Source: Cyanophora paradoxa CCMP329 (lineage: Eukaryota > Plantae > Glaucophyta). From it: a stretch of DNA of 64,000 nt. The notes below the pieces were generated by a model that searched no databases, was not told where the DNA came from, and was given only the letters and a program-made list of their open reading frames with translations. Numbering within the stretch: the stretch's first letter is position 1; the number at the start of each line of letters is the position of its first letter. The stretch covers positions 47,541 to 111,540 of the forward strand of contig QPMI01000675.1 of NCBI GenBank assembly GCA_004431415.1, written 5' to 3'. The translations under genes and the position numbers were made by a program. Below are positions 13,001-26,108 of this stretch, piece by piece.

Positions 13001-15610
13001 CCGCCGATGCCCGACTCGAAGGCGCCGGGGCGTGTGAAGCGGACCACCTCGTCGCCCAGCACGTAGAACGAGTGGCGCCGGCCCTCCACCCACTTCCCCT
13101 CCAGCGCCTGCGCGCGCGCGCCCTCGGCTTCAGAGGGCGAAACAGGCTTGGAGACGACTTGACGCGATCGGAATATACGCCGACGCACGCCGATGCCCGG
13201 CCCGGCGACGCCGGGGCGCTCGTTCTGTAGGATCCACGTGTCGCGCCAGTTGACGGCGCGCGTGTGGATCACGGACGGCGGGCGCAGCAGCTGCGCCGAG
13301 GCGGCGCCGGAGGCGAACGTGACCCCAAACGTCCACCGGGCGATGACGTGCACGACGTCGACGGGGCAGGAGAGGCCGCGGCTGAGGGCCGTGGGACAGG
13401 CGGAGGTTGGGAAGAAGGGGGTGCGGAGGACGGCGTGGTAGACGAGGGGCCCGCCCTCCTCCACGCGGCCGTCGGCGGCCATCGCGTGGGCCACGGCCCC
13501 CGGCGGGACCGCCTCCGCGTTCGCGGGCCATCTGAAGCCGCGGCCAAAGCGAGTCAAACGCGAAACGTGCGCGCATCGATCGCGAATTCGAGCGGACGAG
13601 GTGGCCTTGTACATGGCGGAGCCTTCGTACGAGTACCCCGCGGGCGCCAGGGACGACAGGTTCTCCTCGATGGGGAGCTCCACGGTGCCGCCGAAGTGGC
13701 AGAGGCGGATGCGGGGCACGACGGCGTTGCTCGGGTACCGCACGTACGACGCGAAGTACGCCACCCCGCGCTGGCCATGGAACCGCGCCGGCGATCAGCA
13801 TTTTAACCTCTAGTGTGCAGCATGGACCAGCGATGGCGCCGCTATAGGCCTAGGCGTGTGCACCTGCCAGAACGAGAAGAGCTGCACGTCGTGCCTCATC
13901 GCCGTGCTCGTCCCCTCGTCCGTCCCTGCGAAGCGCAGAAGAGGCGAGTCGGGAATGATCGACGAGAATAATTCCAACTAGTAACTAGTAATGCTCTCGA
14001 GCGGGCGTACAGATGGAGCAGCCGAGGGCGGAGGCGGTGTCAAACGTGTACAGGGACTTGGCGGACAGGTCCTTTCCACGGCCAAGGCCGTATCCCAGCG
14101 CCTCCGCCTGCCCCGGGCCCGCATCAGCTCTGCAGTTTCGCCCTCCAATTTCTGCGGGCGGCGGCTCACGTGAAGCATGTAGGCGTTCGAGCTGCTCGGC
14201 GCCACCTCGATCATGAACATGGTCCCTGCGCACATGCGCGCATGAATGTTCTCTTCGATACGTACATACACTCCACATGTGATTTAGTATTAATTACGTG
14301 AGCGATGGCTTCGACATCGCAGGGTCTTTAATTTGTAAATTAAATATCTAGATCCGCGTGCACGTGCACGTGGGGGCAGCTGCGCGCAGGTGCGGCCGCG
14401 GCGCGACGGCCAGCTGCAGCTGCAGCCGCAGAGTCGGATCGGGAGGGGCGCACCGAGGGCGCCGAGCCAGTCGAAGCCCTCGTAGAGCACGTCCGCCGTG
14501 GCGGCCGCCACGAGGTACGTGTCCCGGCCCCACATGCTGTGCAGCCAGCTGCCGTCGCCCTCTGTCAGCTCCGCCCCCCCGGGCGCGCTCGAAGCTCAGG
14601 GAACGTGTACGAGGCGCACCGCTCGTCGGTCGAGAAGTTCCGGCCCACCTCGATGAAGCGCCAGGGCGAGGCCGTGCAGAAGTCCGCAGGCCACACGTCG
14701 CCGCTCCCATAGTACGTCGTACCGTCGGGCTGCGATCGGCGCCGGCGTCAGTCCTCTGGCGCGGCGCAGCACACAGCTCAATTTCGCGCGATCGAACCAT
14801 GCAACAGCGGTGGCAGCCCGAGTAGGCGAAGGAGAACCTGTCCGGCCGGGGCGGAATTGCTCAGTCTATAGCTAATTGAATCAGAATAGATGGGATCGCT
14901 TACCAGTTGTGGTTGAACCAGACTAAGCAATCCCGCCCCGAACAACTGCGCGAATACCGTCCCCCAGCCGAGCCGATGAGGTCCGAGCTGACCGAGGTCC
15001 GCGTGAAACTCTGGTCGGCCCACACGGCCGCCGTCTTGAAGAACTCTCTGTCGCCCGGGCGAGAGCGCACGTCGATATCCTGCAGCCGAGGCTTCAGAGG
15101 AAAATAAAACGGGTGAATCGCGGAGGCCGGGGCGCGCGCGCGCCCATCCGGGGAAAGGTGTGAACGACGTGTATCCGAAGTCGGTCGGGGAGAGGCTCGA
15201 GCCGGAGAGGGGGCCGAGCTGCGCAGCATCCGTTCAATCACAAAATTTATTCGCACACGTAGATTTTCTATAGAAGCCGACGGCGGGGCTGATGACGAAC
15301 AGCACTGAAAGTCCGAGTGAAGGCGCAGAGGTCTTGGGCCTGAGAGCGGCATGCGAATTGCGCCTCAGATTCCCTAGAGCAATTAAAATGCGGGGAAAGC
15401 CGAGGAGGCACCAGGTCCCAGTCGCAGTAGATCATGGCCCCGCTGAACGAGCGGGCGAGGATGCCGAGCCGGAGGGAGGGCTCCCGGTAGACCATGAACT
15501 CTCCAGCCAGGGGGGCCTGCCGCACCCTCGGGTTAGCACCGCATTCTCTGCACCGCGGCAGCTGCCGCGGCATTAAATATTATTATTATCTGCAGCTTGC
15601 GCTTGGCCAT
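4026..15610 (-). CDS. Large secreted/membrane Cys-rich protein with many GCC2/GCC3 (ephrin-receptor-like/TNFR-like) repeats and several C-terminal TM helices
   Basis: Dozens of CxxCPxG(T/S/Y)(F/Y) units across exons ~6800-12250 (e.g. CPANTFSDLPGRGGDCADCEAGYVASSDRRSCVPC, CEACPAGRYESGGVCVDCPVN). TM segments at ~6400-6470, ~6020-6090 and ~4610-4680. Putative signal-like start MAKRKLQIIIIFNAAAA at 15610 is tentative. Confidence 0.75.
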
Positions 15611-16916
15611 GGGATCCGGAGCGCATCGACTTCGTGGCATTGGATCGCCGACTCATAATTATTAAAAGGCTTGCAAATTGCAATTGGGCAGGATATCGAT
15701 TGATCAAAACAGAATTTAAATCAACGCACGGCGAAAAGGATCTCCTTGGCCCCATCCGCCATGCTGATTGCGAAACCTGCGCACGCGCACGCGCGGATGA
15801 GCATCGACATTCATCGATGCGCGCGCAATTGCGCAAGCCAATTTCCAGCTCAGACTCGCACCGTTGGTCGCGCCGCTGGCGACAATGAAGAGTGCACATG
15901 CAAAAAGCAGCTTAAATACGTATACGACGGATAAAGCTGCATGATCGGCCGAAGTACTAGTCGGCGCTGTGCGCTTGCAGTTGCGGCCACGTGTACGTGT
16001 AGAGCGCATACGTGTGGAACGTGCACTTAGTAATTTGAAATCCGCGGCCAGGCTTCAACTAGCGCTGCACTGCGCATGCGCGCGGCAACTTGTATCGTAC
16101 GCGTCGGGCGCGACACGCTGTACATGTGCATGTATACGCACACAGCCGCTCCCGCTTGCCATTGACAGCCGCTGTGGCTGCGGCGCACGCGCAGGCCGGT
16201 TCGCTGCCTCGTTCGCTGCCATGTAGGTGCCTCGCGCGCGATCGATGTCGGCGCGTCGCGCGGCGCGGCGCTTCCCCGCGCTAGCGCGCTCGGCGCACTT
16301 CAATTCCAAGCTGCAGCTCACGCGCCCGCGGCCGCGCCCGGCCGCGGCCACTAGTACTCCGGTCCAGGCCAATTGCGCATGCAATTGCAACGTGCATCCG
16401 ACGGTTGCCAACTCTCCGACGAGCTCGAGGTCGACTAGTACTTCAAACTGCCACGAGATTCCGCGCGACTGCCACGCGGCGCCTGGCAGGTAGGCTGCGG
16501 CTGCGCCGCGCCGCGCCGGCGGCTCTTCTAGCTATAGATCTGCTGCTGTGTGCGGGCCGGGCTTGCAGGTCCCAATGCAGGATATCGCTGGCTGCTCACG
16601 GCTGTCACGGGCTGTGCGGCCGGCCTGTGCCTGCTGCAGCTGCAGCTGCAGCAGCGAGACGGGTGCAGGCCGGCGCCGGCTGGCGCGCGGCGCGGATAAG
16701 CAGCAAGGTGAGCAACGCGTACCCGTATTTAAAAAGCAAATACCAGTATATTACGTACCTGGAACCAGCGCTCACCTGCTGTACCCCCTCATTACACCTG
16801 CTGTACCCCCTGCTGTACCCCCTCATTACAGCCGGACGTACCCCTCGCACGCATCGGCGGCCCGCTGGTCCTTCCTGCAGAGCCTTGAACCGATTGCAAG
16901 TACACGCGCTGTCGCC

Positions 16917-18991
16917 ATGCAGCGACCGACGGCAGCGTCCGCGGCCCCGACTGGCACGGATCGCCTCGATCGGCTCGTCGAGCAGGCGCGGGCGCAGCAC
17001 CAGGGAGCGCATTCGCACGCGCACGGGACGCGCAACGAACTCGAGGCCGTCGTGCGGAACAGGCGGTACGCGGCCCGCTGTGACGTCGCACGGCGAGCGG
17101 CCGACGCGCCCGCAGGTACCGCCGCATGAAGGAGTTGGTCGCCGGGGGCGAGTACTTCAGCCGCGAGGCGATGCGGCTCAGAGAGGTGCGTTCGTTCGCG
17201 TCGCAGGGCGCCGCGCGTCACTCACGCGGCCCCGCAGCCGCATTTGTACCACCAGTACATCGGGCAGTACGACGAGGGCGGCCCGCAGCCGTTTCCCGCC
17301 GATATGCGCCTCTACGAGCGGCTACTGCACGACTATGATGATGCCGAGGTTCCTGCGCGCCAGCGCGAGCGGCGCTGCAGCGCCCGCGCTCATCGGCGCG
17401 GCGCAGGCCGAAGAGCGGAGGAAGAGCGAGGCGAGGCGCGACAGTAAGATGCAGGGCGGGGCCGCGGCGCGCGCGGCGCGGAAGAGTAGCGCCCGCAGGG
17501 CCGCGGCGGAGGCGGCGGAGGACGAGGACGAAGACCTCTGCGAGGAGGACGGGGACGGGGACGAGGAGATGGTGCGGGCGCCCGCAGCGCCGCCGCCGAG
17601 CGCGCGCCCCGATGTCTGACGGGGCCGGCAGAGTGCAGCGCCGCCGGCGGGGCCGGCTCGCGGGCCGCCGCCGGAGCCGGCGAGGGTCCCGCAGCAGCAG
17701 CCTCAGGAGCCGGGGGAGCGGAAGCCCGCGAGGCCGCCGGCGCCGCGCGTGCGGGGCACGGCGCCGGCCCGCGCCGGCGGGGTCGCGCGCCCGGCGGGGG
17801 CGCCCCCCGCCCCCTTCCGCTTCCAGAACGAGGACGGGGAGGAGGCCGCGCCGCCGGCGGCCGCCCGGACGCCCCAGAAGCCGGCGCCGCCCAAGGGCAT
17901 GGGTGCGCGCCCCCGCCCGCTCTCCTGATTCGATCCGGCCGGATCCGATCGCGCCCCGCAGGGATGCCGGCGCGCATTTCGTTCTCCGGGGCCGGCTCGC
18001 TGCCGCCGGCGGGCCCCGGCCAGGGCGCCCGGCAGCCGGCGGCGATGGCGCCGGAGGGGGCGCGGGCGCCCCGCTGGGCCAGATCCCCGGCATGAAGGAG
18101 ACGAGCGACTACGCGGAGGGAAGCTGATCGAGGCGCGCGCGGCGGCCCGCGAGCGGGCGCGCGCCGCGCTCGAGGACGGCGGGAGCTCGAGCGAAGACGA
18201 GGAGGAGGAGCAGGGCAGGAGCTGCGGGAGCGGGGCGCGGGGATGGCCCGCCGCCGCGCAGCGTGCCCAACGGCGGCGGGGCGAACGGCGCCGGCCCCAG
18301 GAGAGACGGCCCGGCGGCGGCGGGGGCGGCGGGGGCGGCGGCGCAGAGGGCGACCGCCAACGGGACGGCGCCGGGCGGCAAGGCCGCGCCCGCTGGCGGG
18401 GTACAGGCGATGCACGTGGACTCGTCTGAAGAGGAGGAAAGCTCCTCGGAGGAGGGGGAGGAGGAGGGGGGAGACGTCGACGGGGACGAGGCGATGGCCG
18501 ACGCCGACGCGGGGCCCTCCGCGGCGCGCCCGCCGTACCCCCCCAGCCTACGACCCCCCCCCTCCCCCTTCTGACCCGTACCCCTCCGCAGGGCGTCACC
18601 GCGGAGGAGCGAGAGCGCCTCGCGGACGTCCGTGCCCTCCCCCTCTCCTTCTCCGGTACCCCTCGTCATTTCTAATTTGGGTACCCCCGCAGGAGTTCGA
18701 ACACCTGATGCGGGAGCGGTTCCTCGCGGGGCTCGACAAGGAGTACGACTACGCCGCCACCGACGCCGACGACCGACTGGTGCCCGCCGCCCGCCGCCCG
18801 CTGGCCCCATCGCGTCGACCCGACCCGCGTGACCCCGTACCCCCGCCGGGCAGGACGACCTGGAGCAGCAGGGGCGGGACGCGGAGGACCGGTACTTCGA
18901 GGCGGAGGACGAGGAGGGCGGCGCGCCCCCGGCGCCCCCCGCCGCTGCCCCGGTGCCCCCCGTCCTCCGCCCGCGCAGCGTGCCCCTCTGA
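16917..18991 (+). CDS. CCDC97: CCDC97-like (DUF2052) protein
   Basis: Spliced motifs [39 protein letters not shown] and EFEHLMRERFLAGLDKEYDY...DDLEQQGRDAEDRYFE are characteristic of CCDC97; acidic low-complexity middle. Confidence 0.8.
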
Positions 18992-19359
18992 GCGCCGGGG
19001 GGCGGCCTGCGCGCGCAGGGGAGGCCGGCGGGGTCCCCCGAGCCGTGGGAGACGGACGAGTGGCAGCAGGGGTAGCGCCAGCGCCAGCGGGTCCCCGGGT
19101 TGCGGGCATTCGCCCAGATAGAGAGCACCTGCAGTTGTAAGCTCAACTGCTGGAGCCCGCGATACGCGGTCGAGGCAGCGTGCGAGCGCTGGATTGGGAT
19201 CAATGGAGGCCGGCCGCGCCCCGCAACGCTATAGCTAAGTTTAAAGCCGTCCGATAAACAAATTTACATTAACGTAAGCGGTGCGGTGGTGGATGCGGGG
19301 GGAGGGCTGCGGTGGCAAGAGGCGCTCAGAGAGCCTCGGGGGCCGGGGCGGGGGCGGCG

Positions 19360-21812
19360 CTAGGCGCTGGAGCGGGGCTCGCGGGCGCTGGCGGTGGCGC
19401 CGGCCGAGCGCCGGCGGGAGGCCTCCATGGACCGCAGCGCCGCGTCGTACGCGCAGACGCCCTGCACCCACCTGCCCCGGGTCGTCAGCGGAAGCCCCGA
19501 GGCGAAGAAGGGGTCTAAACAGCGCGGGCGAGGCGGGGGCGCCTGCAGAGGGAGGCGGCGACAGCGGAGACCTGCCGGCGGCGGCGTCGGTCGGTCGCGT
19601 GCGGGGGGGAGGGCGCCGGGGGCGGCGCACGCGGGACATGGCCTCCGGGTCGAGCTGCCCGGAGTCCACGAGCTTGCTGCGGGGGAGTTAAGGGAGCGGG
19701 GAGCGGGGCGCGGGCTCGAGGCCGCACCGGATCTTGCGCATGATGGGCGCGGGCACGTTGTCCTTGTCGAAGCGCGCCAGCGAGGCCAGCAGCCGGTCGT
19801 TCATGATCTTCCCGGCGGGGCGGGGCGAGGGGCACGATCCCGTCGGCCAGGGGTGCGGGCGGAGGAAGGGCGGGGCGCGGGGCGCGGGGGCGCGGACGAG
19901 GCGGGCGGTGTCCCAGTCGGGCTCCTCCCCCTTGCGGCCCCTGAAGCCCAGGAGCGTGCAGACGGCCTGCATGACCTGCGCCCCCCGCCCCTCAGCGAGC
20001 GCCGCGCGGCCCCGCCTGCCCCCGCCGGGGCGGGGCGCGCACGAGCTGGACGCCGAGGGGAGGCCGCGCGAGGGCCCGCAGCTCGGTGATGTCGGCCTTG
20101 CTGACGCCCTGCCCCCCCGCCCCCGCCGCCTCGGCCGGTTGCGAGGAGGGCGCGGGGGCGGGCGCACACGGAGGCCGCGGAGGGCGAGCTCGAGGCGGCG
20201 CGCGGGTCCGCCTCGGCCGCAGCCGGCGCGGCAGGCGCGGCCTCCCCTTCGCTCGCCCAGGACGCGGCGGGGGCGGGGGCGGGGGCGGCGGGGCGGCCTC
20301 GGCGCGGGACTGCCGCGCGCTGGCGAGCCGCTGCCGCGCGGCGCGCACGGGGCGGGCCACCCGGTAGTAGCCCTCCATGGCGAGGACCCACCTGGTGGCC
20401 CCGAGGTGAGCCCCGCGCCGCAGCCGGAGCCCGGCGGCGGCCCTGGGCGGGGCGCACCTGCATAGGGACGCGGCGGCCTGCGACGTCTGTCCCGGGGGCG
20501 TCAGCGGCGCTGCTCGCGGGGTACGCGGCGGGCCGAGTCTCACGCGGGCGGCCACATCGACGTCGAGGTAGCCCCCGTCGATGTACTTGCTGCGTACCCC
20601 GTTTGAGGCGGAGCGGGGCGGGGGAGGGCGCACGGCGAGGCGCCGCGCGGGCGGACCGGAGCTTGCGAATCGTGGCGGGCGCGATGCTGTCCTTGTCGAA
20701 GCACACGAGCGTCGTGAGGAACTTCGGGTCGTTCATGACCTGGGGGAGGGGGTACGCGACCGCATCGGCAGGGGCAGGGGCGGGGGCGGGGAGCGGGGCG
20801 CGGGGCGCGGACGTGGCGGGCGGTGTCCCAGTCCGGGGGGCCCCCGCTGCGCGCCTTGACGCCGAGGAGCACGCAGACGGCCTCCATGATCTGGCGGCAC
20901 CGGTTGGGAGGTGACGGAGTGGGAGGGGGGAGGGGAGGGTGCAAGGGCAAGGGGCTCATTGCTCGGGGGCGCACCACGCGAACGAGCATGGGGGGCCGGG
21001 CGAAGGTCCGCAGCTCGCTGATGCTCGCCTTGTTGAGCGTCTGGGGGCACGGGTTGGCGCGGAAGCGAAGTGGACACAAACAGCGGGCGAGGGGTACACG
21101 AGCGCACGTTCAGGGCCTCAACGGCGAGTTGCAGCGCCGGCAGCGCCTTCTGGAGCGCGGCCTCGGCCTCGGCCTCGGCCTGGGTAGGGCATCAAGAGGG
21201 ACGGGGTAATGCGCGGGCGGGGTACGCGACCTCCTTCTCCGAGAGAGGCGCGGCCTGCGCGGAGGAGTGTGCGCATGAGTGGGGCGGGCGGGCGCTGCAG
21301 CCGGACGGGGGGCGCTTCCGACCTGAGACGGCGCGGCCCCAGCGCTCGCCGGGCGCTTCGCTTTCGAGGCCTTCCGGCCGCGGCGTGGGCGGGCGCTCTG
21401 CGGGCGCGGCCGGCTCGCATCCGGAGCCTGCCGAGCGCCCCGTGAGCTCTCACGTTTGCCAGCGGCCGGGGCCGGGGCCCGGTCAGGGCTCGAATCGCGC
21501 ACGGACGACATTTGCGGCAATGCGACATCAACGCGCATTGTTGCAGGGGGCGCGGGTTTCGTGGGTGACGCGGCCGCCGGTTGCTCGCGCGTAGCTGCTT
21601 GGGTGCTTGAGCGCAGGAAGGTACCGGGGCAGGGGGCGAGGATGGGGCGGCGCATTGCCATGCTCACCAGAAAGCGGCGTCGAGACTAGGCGCTCCACGA
21701 CTGCCTCGATTCGATCCATACGCTTTTCCAACGCGTTGAGGCGGCCTTCAAAGGCGAGGCTCGCCGGGACCTCGTACTCGTCCTGGCAAGAAATCGAACT
21801 TGAGGACGCCAT
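19360..21812 (-). CDS. Stand-alone protein with two tandem dynein heavy-chain stalk/microtubule-binding domains and no AAA+ motor
   Basis: Repeat 1: ALPALQLAVEALNTLNKASISELRTFARPP..IMEAVCVLLG..DWDTAR.VMNDPKFLTTLVCFDKD..SQAAASLCRWVLAMEGY. Repeat 2: VSKADITELRALARPP..VMQAVCTLLG..DWDTAR.IMNDRLLASLARFDKD..SAVAASLC..WVQGVCAY. ATG at 21812, TAG at 19360-19362. Confidence 0.8.
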
Positions 21813-22063
21813 CGGGCCGTAGTGGCTCGGCCCGTCACGCGCGCTGCGCTGCTGGAGCCGCGGGTCACTTTGAAGTGGCCGCGCGAGCCTCGTCGGGGCC
21901 GGAAGCTAGCTGGGAAAGCGAGCTACTGTCTAGCAAAACCCAAGTCAAGGGAGCGGGAACTGTCTGGAGGGTTGGAAATCTCTGTACCCACGCCTACTTC
22001 GCCCCCCCCGCTCCCCAGTCGAAAAGGCGGTCGGGAAAGGCGCGACCGAGGGAGTACGTCGGG

Positions 22064-25000
22064 ATGGATCTCACCAAGTGCGTTCGAATGACTCGTCTGT
22101 CGTATCGCTTGTCGACCGCGGACGCTCCGGCGTCGCCGTTCCGGCGATTCCGCGTTGGCGTCATTCGCGAGCGGGAGGCTCGCCCGTGGCACTCTAGAGC
22201 CTTTCAAGTGGGCTTCCGATCTCGTATACGTCGTCAGTGCTGACGCTGGACGTGGCCTCTCCCCGCGCAGCGCGCTCCTTCTGGTCGTTCTGGCGGCCGT
22301 GGTTTTCTCCCTGCTGTTCTCGTGGTTCCTCGCGAGCTGGGTTCTTTCCAAGGATGAGGGCTCCAAGCTCATGCAGGTAGGCGTCGGCGGGAGGCGCGCC
22401 GAATGGCCGCGACGGGATATCTCACCTACTCAACGCGACCTTTTCCGACCCCCGCTCGCAGGATGTCTCGGACCCCATTCGCGAGGGCGCGTCCGGATTC
22501 TTCCGTACTCAGGTATGACGCCTTCGGGAGCCGCGGGAGCCGGAATGGATGACCTGACCGCACGCCACTCCTCAGTACGGCGCAATCACTCTGCTGGCGG
22601 TCGTGTTCGCCGGCTTGATCTTCGTTCTCTACCTCGTCCGCGAGCGTACTCCGGGCGACCCGCCGATTTCGAAGCTCTCGCTGGCCCTCCTCATCTCGGT
22701 GTCCTTCCTGCTCGGCGCCTTCTGCTCGGGCCTGGCTGGCTTCATCGGCATGTGGGTCTCCGTTCACGCCAACATCCGTGTCGCGGCGGCCGCCACCCGC
22801 TCGTACAACGAGGTTCGCTGCTTCCCTCCCCGGTTTTCCCGGCGGCCACTGAGGCGAGAGTGCCCCGCAGTCCATCCAGGTCGCCCTCAAGGGCGGTGCG
22901 TTCGCCGGCTTCCTCGTCGTCGCCCTCTCCGTCGGCGGTGTCGCGGCCCTGTACGGCGCCCTCAACATCATGTACGCCGGCATCGTCGCGGAGCTCGACA
23001 TCCCGATCCTCCTCGTCGGCTACGGCTTCGGCGCCTCGTTCGTCGCCCTGTTCGCCCAGCTTGGCGGTGGCATCTACACCAAGGCCGCCGATGTCGGTAC
23101 GCCGAGCACCTCCAGCTGACTGATTTCACAAGCTAACGCGTTCTCGCAGGCGCTGACCTCGTCGGCAAGGTCGAGCGCGGCATTCCGGAGGACGACCCCC
23201 GCAACCCGGCCGTCATTGCTGACCTTGTCGGCGACAACGTCGGTGACTGCGCTGGCCGTGGCGCTGACCGTTCGTCCGACCCCTCCGCCGCCCCCGGCCC
23301 GCCCGCCGACGCCCCGGCGCAGTGTTCGAGTCGATCGCCGCCGAGAACATCGGCGCCATGATCCTCGCCGCCACCCTCTCCCGCGAGGCGTTCCCCGCCA
23401 TCCAGAGCCCCACCGCGTACGGTGCGGGCCGGCGCCGCGCCCCGGCCCCGCCCCGCCTCTCACGCGCGTCGCGCAGTGTTCTTCCCGCTCATGGTCCACG
23501 TCCTGGGCCTGTTCGCGTCGGCCGTCGGTGTCATGTGCGTGAAGGCCAAGGAGCCGGGTTCGTACGCCGATGTCGCCGCCGGGTCCTCGGGCACCCTCTC
23601 TGCCGCCACAAACTGGATTAAGAGCCTGCTCGGCCTGCACTCCGGCCCTGGGTTCGTCCGCCGGGCTGACCACCGTCCTTCGCCTGGCAGTGATCAAGCC
23701 TTCTCTTAGGTACGACATCATCAACGGCCGCGAGGCCGCCGGTGATGACGACGCCTCGATGGAGGTGCTTCCCTCTTTCTCTCCTCTCTCTTTGCCGGGG
23801 ACCGAGGGGCGGGGCAGGACCCGATGGACGTGCTCAAGCGCGGCTACACCGTCACCCTCGCCATCGCCGTTGTCGGCTTCGTCGCCATCTGCTACTTCCT
23901 CCTCCGCACCGGCGCGCTTTCCGCCCCGCCCCCTTCCCTTCCCGCCTCGTCCCGCGCCTGACGCGGCGGCGGCAGACTCCGCGCCGGCGGCGTGGTGGCA
24001 CTTCGCCCTGTGCGGCCTGGTCGGCGTGGCCGTCTCGTGGCTCTTCGTGCTGATCACCCAGTACTACACCGACTACAAGCACCGCCCCGTGCAGCAGATC
24101 GCCGAGTCGTCGGAGACCGGCCACGGCACCAACATCATCGCCGGCGTCGGCGTCGGCCTTGAGTCGACCTGCCTCCCGGTCCTCTGCATCTCCTTCGCCA
24201 TCGTCTGCGCGTACGCCCTCGGCAACCGCTCGGGCCTGCACGACAAGGCCGGCAAGCCCGTCGGCGGCCTCTTCGGCACCGCCGTGGCCACCATGGGCAT
24301 GCTCTCGACGACCGTCTACATCCTCGCCATGGACACCTTCGGCCCGATCGCCGACAACGCCGGCGGCATCGCCGAGATGTCGCACCAGCCGCCGGAGGTC
24401 CGCCGCATCACCGACCGCCTCGACGCCGTCGGCAACACCACCAAGGCCCTCACCAAGGGCTACGCCATCGGCTCGGCCTCGCTCGCCGCCTTCCTGCTCT
24501 TCTCGGCCTACATGGACGAGGTCGCGCGCTACACCGGCGCGCCCTTCGGCGCCGTCGACATCGCAATCCCCGAGGTCTTCGTCGGCGGCCTGCTCGGCGC
24601 CATGGTCGTCATGCTCTTCTCCGCCTGGGCCATGAAGGCCGTCGGCACCGGCGCCCAGGCCGTCGTCATCGAGGCGCGCCGCCCCACCCCGCCCCCCTCC
24701 TCCCGCCCCCGGCCCCGGCCCCGCTGACTCCCTCGCGCGCAGGTCCGCCGCCAGTTCCGCGAGCGCCCGGGCATCATGCAGGGCACCGAGAAGCCGGACT
24801 ACTCGAGCTGCGTGGCCATCGTCGCCCGCGCGGCGCTGCGCGAGATGATCCGCCCCGGCGTGCTCGTCGTGACCTCCCCGATCGTCATCGGCATCGTCTT
24901 CCGCTACGTCGGCCGCTGGACCGACCGCCCGAACCTCGGCGCCGCCGTCGTCCTGGCCTTCGTGATGATCGGCACCATCTCCGGCATCCTCATGGCGCTC

Positions 25001-25362
25001 TACATGAACAACGCGTGCGCCCCTTCCCGTCTCTGAGGGGGCCCGCGCGGTCGTTCGTCCGTCTGAGGGCGCCGGGGCGCAGCGGCGGCGCGTGGGACAA
25101 CGCGAAGAAGTACATCGAGATGGGCGCGCACGGCGGCAAGGGCTCCGAGGCGCACAAGGCGGCCGTCACGGGCGACACCGTCGGCGACCCCTTCAAGGAC
25201 ACCGCCGGCCCCTCCCTCCACGTCCTCATCAAGCTCTTCTCCACCATCTCCCTCGTCATGGCGCCGATGTGCGGCCCCCCCTCTCCCCTCTCCGCAGCGG
25301 GCCCCCCTCACGCGCGCCCCGTGCGCCGCCGCAGGTTCATCGGCACCACCGTCTCGGCGTAA
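22064..25362 (+). CDS. Membrane H+-translocating inorganic pyrophosphatase, K+-independent (type II/AVP2-like)
   Basis: Signature motifs [66 protein letters not shown] (Lys form, K+-independent), GGAWDNAKK and [15 protein letters not shown]; about 12 introns. Confidence 0.95.
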
Positions 25363-26108
25363 GGTGGAGGCCCCTGGGCGCACTCGGCGCACCTTCGCTC
25401 GCTTGCATCCCTCTTTTTGTAATTACGTGGATAGACTGCCGGGGGAGTGCGGCGCGCGCCGGGCCCCCCCGGCCGCGCCCCCTCCCCTTCATTTCCTCGC
25501 TGTCCATAGTTCCGGGGTCATCAGATGTCCATCTCAGTCGGGGGTCGGGCTCAGGCCCCTTTGCGCCCCTCAGGGTTCCTTTTTTTAGCAGTGTGCAGTT
25601 GAGACAAGTGAGCGTTGATGCGTTGTTTGATATTAGTACCATGGCGAAGCCGCGTCCTCCCCAGGGGCGCGCGGGGGGCGCTGGCGTGGGAGCGTCGGGA
25701 GAGGCGCGCGTGCGGGGTGCGGGATACTTTTGAAGCGGAGCCTGCGCATGCAGCGGAGCCTTGAAGCGGAGCCTGCGCATGCATATGCGGGGCCCACGCG
25801 GCCGGGCCCCGCGGCCTGAAAGCTTGGGCTTCAAGCTGACTAAGTTAGGCTGCAAGCTATACGCTAGCGCTGCAGCAATGGGCAGCTCATCTATGCGCGA
25901 GCTCGCGCGCGATCGAGCTCGAGCGCCAGCTCGAGCAGTTACGTATACCAAACTCTCATGATCAGAGTCTAAAATTGGTAAACTTGAAAAGGTTTCAAAC
26001 CGTTATTTACAAATGTACAGCTGCGAACAGCCGAGATCTAGAGCTGAAGCCCGAATTCGCTGGGGATCTAGAGCTGAAGCGCGAATTAGACATCGGCTGG
26101 GGGAGAGC

